64,000 bases of DNA, taken from positions 6,262,001 through 6,326,000 of the forward strand of contig NC_134031.1 of the NCBI RefSeq assembly GCF_964204645.1. The letters are read 5' to 3'. The position numbers were made by a program, and so were the translations under genes. Below, in pieces: positions 51,201 to 61,978 of the stretch; the stretch's first letter is position 1, and each line of letters starts with the position of its first letter. Source of the stretch: Tubulanus polymorphus (lineage: Eukaryota; Animalia; Nemertea). The notes beneath the pieces are model-generated. The model had not been told where the DNA came from. It did not search any database and saw only the letters and a list, made by a program, of their open reading frames with translations.

Positions 51201-54200
51201 TTGAAATGTAAATGCACGGAAACCCAGTGCCACTAGCGAACCAGGCCGAATCCCCGCTTGCCATAGTAGCGTTGCTGATACCCCATTGTTTTCGGAGTTG
51301 ATCCCGGCCAGTAAGGAACATTGTTGTTCCTACGGCCTATTCATATTCTAATTCATATCGACAAATATGGCAGACATATTGACGAACATATCTATTTCTT
51401 CTTGTCGATAGATTCTTAAAAAAATAGTTCATATATTTCTAAGCTACGCAATAAAGGAGATAACCTCTTCTATATGCTACAATGATATATACATCTTATA
51501 CAAATAAAATAAGACTACAGTAACCACAAAATTGAAACGAAGAATTGGAAACTAAAGTTGATGTTTTAGTCACGAATTCGCGCATATTAAATCGGTTTCG
51601 AGAGTATTCGAATCTAATTTGGAAGCACTCGCAACTATTCGTCATCTGCACAATTTATGTTCTGCGTGTATTAAATTTTCGCACATTCTGCCTCAAATTC
51701 TGCACCGAAAGCGCGCATAACGTTTTACTGATTGATGTTAGGACCGTTTGGAAAACACGTCGTGGGAATAACAAGAGATGCTCCTTATCGAATTATGCCG
51801 CGTTTTATATATTTACGTAAGACATGCACTTGAGAAAGTCGGCGACGCACGATGGGACGAATCCCTCCGAAGAAATTATTTTTTCATCCTCGCGGCGTAT
51901 CTAAATAAAATGTAGCCGTTGTTATCACTGTTTTGTCAGTTGGGTCAATTTGAATATCTGATTTAACGACGAGAAGTAAGTGAAACCACCAATTAGCCCA
52001 ATATGAATCAGGCAAATTTCGGGTAGACTTCAACTGTACATGTAGGCCTATATACACAATATGACAGTGGAATATATATATGTATAGATTCGCGTAGCCA
52101 TTATTTTTATGAACATTTTACGGAAGCCCCTAGGTGACATACGAGATGACTTATTCACAATTTCGACTTATTATGTCGAATTTCGACTTATTATCTCGAA
52201 ATTCTACATAATAAGTCAAATTTCGACTTACCATGTCGAATTTCGACATAATAAGTCGAAATTGTGAAAAGATTATCTCGTTTGTCACCAAGGGGCTTCC
52301 GTAGCATTTTCTACCTTAGTACGTCCTCTACTCTACGTACTAGAAGCGAATCAGGGAGAATATCTATCCGGCTATCATCTTAGTATTTGTTTAAGTTATT
52401 ACCTACCGATCGTGTGAGCGCTATGGCCATCATCTGTCCGCGATAATAAAAAGTGATTCGCTTTCACTCGCGCTGACATGCAATAATGCGATTATTATCA
52501 CCCTCTAGCCTTTCTCAGCCGTATAAATAACTAATTGATTTTCTGTGTGTTCTTAATACGGCCAATGCGAGGTGACGATAAAACACATTAGAGGAAATTA
52601 TGACGTTTTTGCCCGTAATTAGACACTCGACTGTCTGTGTGTTACTACTGTACTGTACCTTTACAAGTACCTTTAGTAATTATCGGTTAATAGCGTTGTA
52701 GATCCCCTATAATAAATTCAATACTGGAGATATAATCACAACATAGGTATCCCACCAGGATAGTGTGACTACTAAATTCATAATTCATTTTAAATCGACT
52801 TTGAAGATCCGAACCAAATATCACACACCAGCCACCGAGGTATCTCTAGAGTAATACTAGTAATACTAGGTATTTATGGAGAATTTTTCTAGAATACTAA
52901 GTATTTTTCGAGTAAACGTTTTTTTTATAGTCTAAAAACCCTAAAATCCATTGAGAATTTCGATGACATCTTAAGCGAATTGTTATTTCAGTAGCGTATA
53001 ATATCAAATTCATTAAGATCATTACATACGTCCCCAGATCGTTCAAAAAGGCGAATCATAATCCACGTATTCATTCTAACATTGCAGTTACGACGCGCTA
53101 CGAGATATTCTACAACCGACATGGATTCCCCGTAGGAGACCCTAAAATCCGTTATAATCTACGGGGCCATTTTTCACGTGCTATGATTACCGATTTTATT
53201 TAGGAGATTATAAAAGACCAATTTTTCAGTTCATAGCGGATAACGTTAGGTTCGGTTTTATTATAGTTCGGGTTTTATCCTTCAGCGGTTCGGGCCGCGG
53301 CAGACGAGCGTGTTTAATGCGTAATCTATTATTTTCTATAGTGTTTAGCGATTCAGGATGCGTCCGCGCGGTGCTGATGGTATTGACATGCTATTTACTG
53401 TCCGATAATACTGCAACATCCTTCGATAAATATATCGGTTTGTTCAGTAGCTATAGTCGCCTAAGTGCGGCGCAAGAGTAACACGAACCACTCATTCTCA
53501 GAGAGAATAAAAAAACTATAAATTCGAATATTCGTTCATTAGATTTTTTGAAACCACGACAGGGCAAAATCAAAAATACATACCACATTCTCGGCTGATG
53601 ATACCTAATAGTATTTAGCCGAAACGTTGCTCGAAATATGTACCATTCGACTATAGAACCTTTAATTTTTGGCCGCATTTATTGTGAGATTTCTCTCGTT
53701 ATTCATCTCACACGGATATTGTGTATCCTTTCGACTCACCATATTCTTCTGCTAGAATTCTCTCTAAAACCGATATTCAAACGTGGACCGCTTATCATGC
53801 TAGGCATTTCCTTTTTATCAATGGCTCTCTAAACATGGTTACTGGTAGCATTTTACTAATTGCACTCTAAGATGTGGAATTTGATATCAGATCTAAAATC
53901 TTTTATTTCCAATAAACGTGTGTGTAAGTCGGTTTCCTACGTTAATGCGTATGAACACGTATACGTACAAAAAATATATACACGCAAGTAATTCGCAACA
54001 ATCTGCTGATGATGATTTTTAAAGTCTACTCACTCTCGAGTACTTTCTCACAATCACACAGAACATGCGCACAATTCGAGTGGGACTTTTGTGGAGATGA
54101 TGGTGGTCGATACGTTGCTACACTACTATCAAATATCGGAAGCTAGTTCAGCGGCAATACGGAGCACGAAAATGTTATTTTGTCTTGCTGATGTTGACAG

Positions 54201-57200
54201 CCGATTAAAACTGGCAACCACCCTCCGCATCAAACATTTCGTCCGGAGGAGTTTGGCTGGAAGATTGTGCGACTGATTCGGGCCATATCTAAAGAACAAC
54301 AGGCGTTTCAATTACACTGGCTAAGTCCCTTATATAACGCCATCGTTTTTAATGCCACCATGCTCACTTAACGCCGACATTTACAAATCTGCTCAATATA
54401 TATAACTCAAATTCAATGAAAATGCTATTCTTTAAAACGCCATATTCGTTATAACGCCATGTTTCCATTGGTCTCAACAGTGGCGTTATAACGGACTTTG
54501 ACTGTAGTTCATGTCGGTGGTAATGTTGAATGCTCATTCAGTGGCGAATATGTTAATTCATTCGGCCACAAGAAAGAGATACGCATATACCAACCAGAAG
54601 AGAAAAAGTAGATCGACTGGAACTGCAGTTCTTGTGATCATAATATCGAAATTGGCCGATGCGAAATTGATCCGATTTCAGCGGGGATATAATAGCTGGA
54701 GCAATTTAACTGGCAAATATTCGGTATCGTATCGAGAAAGCTTGTTTCGTGCGTCAAAAATATTGATTCGAGTAGACAAATTTAACGTGAAGCAATTTAA
54801 CAAATCCCAGCAGAACTTGTAGGGCGCGAAGATTAGTGTTTATAACAGTGTAGTAATTAATATTTGGTTGAAAATTGGTTCAGGTATTGTAGCTGTTTTA
54901 CTTTATCAGGTGCCTACGTAGGCCTCCAATAACAATCAAATGATTCATCATAGATATCATTAGCATTAATTTGTGCAAAATTCTGCTGCTATCGTTTGAG
55001 CTCATTTGGTGCTGCTCCAAACGATCACACCAATCATTGAACCTTACGCCATATCAAGATACCGAGGAATTGAAACGTGTTTTAATGGTGCAGGCTTCTG
55101 TGTAGTCGGGATGGAAAAAGTCAGCTCGTTTTCCATAATGCGGACCTTTACGGATGCCAATTAGTGCCAGACAATGCGTTTCGATGGCAAATACGCTCGC
55201 AATATTAGACTACTTTGGATTTCAAGGCCAGTCCTACATCCCTATAGGCCTTTTTGACCAGGTGTACAAAGGACATGCCTACGATTTTATTCAATTTCTG
55301 AAAAGTGGAACTTTTTTCAGTTCTTTGGTAGTTTGTCGAAACCACCTTAATCCCCATCTACGGGCCTGTATGTTATATTTGCAAACACAGTTAAGAGATA
55401 TTCTTGACCATCGTGTACTTTTCGTCCAAAATGTTTTCCAATAGCATCCACAGACTTTATCTCCTTTTTTCATGCCATATTCGAAGACTCATCCCGGGAC
55501 AGGCGATGCGAACCGATGTTTCCTATACGATATCGAGTGACAATTAACAGGAAAAAACATGTTTGACTTCGGAATCATACGGAGTAGAATAACAGATCGT
55601 TCCCGGATCAAGTGATTGATACCACGGCGCTTGGGGGAAATCAATCAATTTTCAGTGACTGATCGAAAACGTAGCTTTGTTGCGTTACAGCCGACGATAT
55701 GACGAATTGCTGCGTCTATCTTGTCTGATATGACTGACGTGCGCTCCTCTTAGACTTTTATCTTCGAACACATTTCCATTCTTGATGAAATGAATGTGCG
55801 TATATACCTAAATGTTGAGCAATGCGATAATATCAATGCTTGCAATGCTAAAATGAACAAGTTAAAGCACTACAGTGTTCTTTTTATTTTGCAGGACTGT
55901 TTTGGTAAAACATCCTACCGGGATTCGAACCTGATGGTATCGAGATGGCACGGTACGAAACCTTGCCTCACTAAACCGAGTGCGAAGCTTTGATGTTGTC
56001 ATCATTAGCCAATCAGATATCCCGTCTCATTTAGCCCGGGTTTCCCATTTATAGTTCTTCCGTGAAATCTACCTCAGCGATTATACAGCGCGCAATCTGA
56101 TTGGTACCACAAGTTTTTTATTTCGGCAAAGCTGCGCATGTACCTGCGCGCCCAGTCTACTGTGGTGGTGTAGGGTTTCATGCCGTGCCTGAGTGTAGCG
56201 ATGCCATCAGGTTCGAATCTATGGGCGGCCATCCCCGGCATGAGCGTCACTGCAGTTTCTATTAGGTCCGAATCCCACAAAATATTGACCCTTATTTCAA
56301 ATTGATGACCACAATGTCGCTGATTTATTTTATTAGCAGTGCTATTAATCCCAAAAATTATTCATAGATGTGAGTCTCGATTTGACTCTTTTTTGCTCAC
56401 AACTGCGGACAGACCAGGATCAGGCATTCTTCGTTTTTTGTCAATAATTGCTTAAGAAGATCTTTCGTATTTTTGGATAACGGGTTATGTCTTGCAGGCT
56501 AAAAATTTGAGATATATAGCGGTGTATGAATAAATCCTAATATATTTTTCTATTACACAATTTCGGGATTCGAACCTAATAGCACATACGAATAGATACT
56601 GGGGCCTTCAAAGTTTATTATTTTATATTTGAGATACGAAACCTTTTACGCGGCAAACAAAGTAAACCAGCGATACTTCATAATTTGCGGGATTCGAACC
56701 TAATACGCAGAAACCTATTTAAGTTACCATGTCATGACGCCTGCGCACAACTGAACATATTTGTGATCGACTGGCACGCCATCTGGTGACATTATAGGTT
56801 TATCTTTGATGACGTGAGTTGATCCTTCACGTCATGACGTTATCCTTCACGTTATGAGTTTATCCTTCACGTTGCTACATTATACTTCACGTTATAGGTT
56901 TATCCTTCACGAGATGACTTAAGTGTCTGTTTGGCGGGGATGCCCGCCCATACGAATCCCTGCCGAGGGAGGATGAGGTAAACGCATTGCGATCGGTTGT
57001 GACAATATCGTTGTACATTATGTCATCATCCTACATAAATGATGATAGCCATTTATTTCACACCCTGTATCCAGATGGGTGAATGGCAGACATTCGTCAA
57101 AGTCAATATCAGCGCTTTCTAGATGCGCATTTAAGTCTCCAGGATAATCTTTGAAGACGCCACTTCTATCTTGAAGATGAGAGTGTTTTTACGAATCCCA

Positions 57201-60200
57201 AAAGTTCTACTCATCATCACTAGAGAAATCTGTTCGATCGGATTCAAAGCTGTTAAATTGCCCTTTCGGTCTTAAATGATTTCTGGCCCGAATTGCTAGG
57301 CCCGTAGCTCCTCTACAGTTTGACGTGCAATATACATTCTGCGGCCAAGACTGGCATAGTTTGTAAAGCAGTTTATTAATCCCCTTCTTACGCAATCGGT
57401 GACGATTTTCATCTCGCCAGTCATTGTCCACTGATGGTTAGACACATTTCAGATGTTCAGTTTTTTGATGCATACTTTATGGTATTCAAGATATCGCCAC
57501 ACCGTCATATCTCGTGTATATTTCGATCCATCCATTATCTTGTTTTGTCCACTACGGGCACTTAATGTAGATGCCAATGCATATTTTATAATCGTATTTG
57601 CCAATTTGTAGGCCATAACATGATCTATGATATGGCGAGTGAAAGGCCATTGATTTCCGTATGCCATGTTATCAGTCATTGGCATTAACAGATAATTGGT
57701 AATGAGCGGTAACTTTGTAACCTCAATAGATGATTTTTTTTCATAGATTTCTAGAATAGATAATCTCTAAAGCCCACCACACACTTTTCGTCTGCCGTTC
57801 GGGCTGACAAGTGAATCGACTCGACGCTTAACGGTCTGCGCGACAATCCTCATTATATGTAAATCATATCCATTTTCGTCATCCCATTTCTGTGAATTGT
57901 CTGCAAGAGCATACATATACATCGTCGTATCTTAAAATGCATCTGATGCCAGTTTCCAAGGCAAACTTAAATGTAGCTTTAACATTTCTTTGGAAGAACT
58001 GGCGATGGGTGCGAGATTTTAATCCTCGGGATTACTGTAATGTTTTCGCGTGAACACTCCACATGGTAATTCGTCAAGATTATGACTTCTGCGACACCAC
58101 GCGCTCGGTCTGTTTTAAATGATCCGCTGGTTTGTCACTTCGTTAAAACCAAAATCCTTCGTGGCTATATTTTTCTCTGATGAGATTCACTGCAAATCTA
58201 ATGTGAGCTAACGTTTTCGACGTCGGCAGTTACAAACGAATGTAGCACAATATTCTCCAAACTGTCGCTGAAGTGTTTGCATTGGAAAAATGCGTGTGGC
58301 CGTGGTACCGTGGTAAACGTCACCAGTTTCTAGGCGCCATATATGCCATCGGGAAAGAGATATTCAAAAGATTCGAACGCAGATCCAAAAAGCAATTAAT
58401 TTTCTTTAATTTCTGGAAAAATGAGGAACGTAAGTTTTACGGATTCTACGTTTATCTTAAGATGAATTAAATTCGCAAATTCCTGACACGCGGTATGATA
58501 TGTGGCCTTGATTTTACATATCATCACAACCCTTAATTGTTGCGTTCAAAACAACAGATTTCATTTCCTTTAAAATGATGTATAAATAATGTTTATCGAA
58601 CGAGGGACTGTAGAGCGCTGATTGATATTCAATCAAAACGCACGTATGTTTCGAAAAGACCGAAAATTATCGCAAAAATGGGGACCTCGGGAACCGCCAC
58701 AAAATGGCGCGCCCAGGAACTGGTAATCTCAATAAGAACTTTCGACATTCAAAATGATGTTTAGATCGATTAACTATCCACCGTTGTCAACTAGAACCAG
58801 TTTCGCATTTTTTTCGATTGGGTTGTGTCCCTAGAATCAAAACCCAGCTCCGAGTTAAATTTACTGAGAATTGTGAAACCAGACCCCAACCGGGCTAGTT
58901 GTCAGATCTCTTTAAGAATAACAGGAATTAGGAAAGTAATTGTGTTGTTGTGTTATCAATTTATCTGTAGAGCTGACCGGCTACGTACAAAGATATGGTG
59001 ACTGCACTGGTAATGACTTGGCTTTCGCCTACCAGGGCATCTCTGAGCAGGAGTGCAGGAAGTACTGCGACAGAACTGACTGCTGCGTGGGATTTCATTA
59101 CAAAGAGAAAACGATATCGGAATGTTTTCTGAAATCTCAGTCGTGCAACGACACCGTCTACTCGGATTATAGAGTATTTAGCATGTACGATAAAATAGGT
59201 AAATATGTAGTAACCTTCGAAAACATTTTTTGATTCATTCTACCATTTAGCTAATGTTTGATACAGTTAGCAAATTTCCAACCAATGGTGGCTGATTCGG
59301 GCAATCTTGAAAATTGTTGGGTATGCAAAATGAATCTCCAAGGCGGAATGCTAATACGTAAATCTCTAAAAAGTACCCCTAAATTTACCAAATAATTCTG
59401 TAATTATTCGGTAAATGTTGGGTGTTTTTTTGTAGGTTGAAGTATCACATGTAGTTTTTCATTTTGGTTCCTAAAATTTCCATACCGAATAAATGTTCAC
59501 AATGGTCAAAATCAACCACCGTATGACGACGTGGTTTGGCTCGGTAAATTGCCAACAACGAAATCCTGGGGATTTACAGTCATAACTAGTGTTTCATTTC
59601 TAGGACAGACGAATTTCGCTCTGCGGAAACCGACAAGTCACAGCGGAAATCGGGGAAGCGCTGAAAACTCGGCTAAAAAGGCTGTGGATGGTAAACGGAA
59701 CGGAACCAATGCCCTGAAGACATGTTCATTTATGGCATTTGATGGAAATATTCAGTGGTGGAGAGTAGATTTACAACAGGATATATATGTTACTCGTCTG
59801 ATAATTGCAAGTAGAACTGATTCCTGTTGCCGTGAGTAATTTCTTCCCATACCATAGAATTAGACTACATTTATGTACCATTTCTTCCCAGAAATGCATT
59901 ATTCCTCTTTGGCTCAAATTGACAATATGTTTATGCTTTTTACACAAGAGACAAATTAGCAACAGCAACACGTTTTGATTCATCTTTTCACGCAAATCCT
60001 GATTTCAATAGTGTATGTCATCGTTCTCTTCAAATGTTTCACCTGAAACATTGTGTTTGCAGTGAATCGTCTAGAAAACTTCAACATATTCGTGACCGAC
60101 GTACCATATTTACCGGCTTCCAATGATACGAGATTTATTTGCCATGCATATCGTGGTATTTACCCTAATGGCGTCTGGTACATTAGTTGTGACAGACCCT

Positions 60201-60947
60201 TGTTGGGTAGATATGTTACTATAGCCACTCTAGACCTAGGCATTCTGGAATTTGTCTTGTGCGAGGTCGAAGTATACGGGATCAAACAAGAAGGCAAGCC
60301 TCTGTTTTCTCATTTTTCTGTTGTTCCGTTCGAAATTATTTTCTAAAGAAATGAGTCAGTTTCATTTGTAAGTTATCATGCTTTTCCGAGCATTGATACC
60401 ACATATTTTACTTAGCTTCAGAACGGACGATACAGTATTCAATCAGAGAACTGTTAACTGGTCTTCACTACCCCATTCGTGGATAGGACGTTGAACAAAA
60501 ATCTCTTTCGTTTCAGACCTGAACACGGAAAAAGTAAAACCAAGCAAGAAGGATAGAAAGATAGTCAACCCAGCCGTTATAATGGACAACGACCTACAAA
60601 CGTGCGGAAAGTTCAACAAAAATAACCCAGTCAGAATCAACCTAGCCGGTATCCGCCCGCGCGCTAGGCATCGTGCGCCGTTGGCCCTAGTCGCCCATGT
60701 ACCGGAAGAATCGTCGTGTAGTTACGCGCTGGAAAGTGACGTGAACGTGTTTTTTCCGGTAGGTGGCAGAACGGCCGAATCGTGTCGCTATTGGCAACGC
60801 TGCGTATTTCTGAATCATTACGTGGAAGGACGGGTGAGGCGATGCGAATTCATTTGCGAACATGCAGATAATAAAAAAGTGCCTATCAAAGAACTGATGG
60901 TTTACTCCAAAGGAAAACTATGCGAAATAAGCCTCGGATCATGTTAA
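48275..60947 (+). CDS. Secreted protein: signal peptide + PAN/apple + F-type lectin (FTP/discoidin-like) + Cys-rich C-terminal domain (~418 aa, 6 exons)
   Basis: Exons 48275-48365, 50831-50878, 58971-59198, 59604-59831, 60063-60293, 60517-60947; all introns phase 1, the last GC-AG. PAN: GDCTGND..ECRKYCD..CVGF..CFLK. FTP: NFALRKP..AVDG..WWRVDL..SRTD..GRYV..LCEVEVYG. Linking the first two exons to the rest is an inference from phase and the signal peptide. Confidence 0.8.
49117..49488. mobile_element. Inverted-repeat element with internal degenerate TAACCC (telomere-like) units
   Basis: GATATTTTGCCAATGCGGC (49124) and its exact reverse complement ending at 49481. cctaaacctcaccc..cctaaccct..ctaaccctcaacct inside. 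Confidence 0.7.
52119..52303. mobile_element. Foldback MITE with internal ~20-bp repeats
   Basis: TIRs TACGGAAGCCCCTAGGTGACA and TGTCACCAAGGGGCTTCCGTA. Internal tttcgacttattatgtcgaa units. Flanks ACATTT/GCATTT are a possible 6-bp TSD. Confidence 0.85.
54313..54505. mobile_element. pogo/Tigger-like MITE, degenerate left end
   Basis: Right end GGCGTTATAACGGACTTTGACTG-TA; repeated TAACGCC motifs; left end ctaagtcccttatataacgcc. Confidence 0.6.
56792..56917. repeat. 20-bp minisatellite, ~6 units (consensus GTTTATCCTTCACGTTATGA)
   Basis: Directly visible. Confidence 0.85.
57018..58180 (-). pseudogene. Decayed intronless ORF (~385 codons) of unknown origin
   Basis: One frame runs 58180-57449 with only 4 internal stops (58117, 58021, 57934, 57769). 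After an apparent frameshift at an A-run near 57465, a second frame runs to ~57018 with 3 stops. Confidence 0.6.
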
Positions 60948-61978
60948 AACGTGTTTTCCATAGATTAACACACACACAAAAAAACCATTTCTGAATAAAG
61001 CTTTGATTTTAGTATTTAGGCACAGTTACTGCCTCCCATCCTTAAATGTTTTGTCTCATAGCATATTCCCACAAATTTCAAAGGGCATAATAGTCGTTAA
61101 TGTTTGTTGCAGGGCCGGGTTTATTAGAGTCAAACTGTTACAGGGTAAAAATGCAGTGACATTTTAAAAAAGCTATAATATGACAATATTTCTGTTGTGG
61201 ATCAGTATTCATTTCTGTCGAGATAAAGCTCGTGTTTTTATATGTTATGTCGTTTCAAGCATATTTTTCTTCTTAACTCGTGTACCGTAACGTCCTTCGA
61301 TGTTTCCATTCAAATAAAAGCAACTGACAATTTTCGATGAACTCGTAGAAGTTCGTGTGTTTTTCTATCAATCGAGCGCCGGGTGATTCCTCAACCCCGG
61401 CTAGAATTATGCTTTCCCTCCTGCCAGGCATTAGTTCATTATCTCGTTGATTAATTTGGAGTAAAAATATACCGCTTGCACGATACCGACGTCGGTTCCA
61501 AATTTATCAGACGATTATCGCATGTTGCCGCCAAGAAGTGATAAGTTTCCTAGCTTTTCGCTTGTAAAAAAAACCGAGGACTTCATGTGAATCTATGTTT
61601 TTTGTCGACCGAGGAAGGACAAGGCAGTAGAAACGTCTACTAGCTAAGCTGGGATTGATTGAAAAGATTAGATTGAAATTGTAAGGTGAGTTGGTTAGCT
61701 GCGTAGTGGCATAGCACGCACATTTACCCTTCAAAATGTATCGGGTGCATGCAGTGCAATTATGAACACAAAAAATGTATGTAGCATCATTACATAAAGA
61801 TATCTGTAAAAATGAATCAAGGAAGCTGACCAATAAGGTTACAATTTAATACAATAATGTTCTATTGCAACTTCCAAAATAAATCTTCGAAATTCGTAAT
61901 CAAATCAGCATTAAACTTAACTGTATCATTATTCCTCTTGTGAATTGTTAAAAAGTGAAATAAGTCATATTAGGTGAA

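Noticed and set aside
56792-56917. CRISPR-like array (also considered for 52119-52303 and 62340-62597)
   Set aside because: The repeats are contiguous with no unique spacers, there are no cas genes, and the context is eukaryotic.
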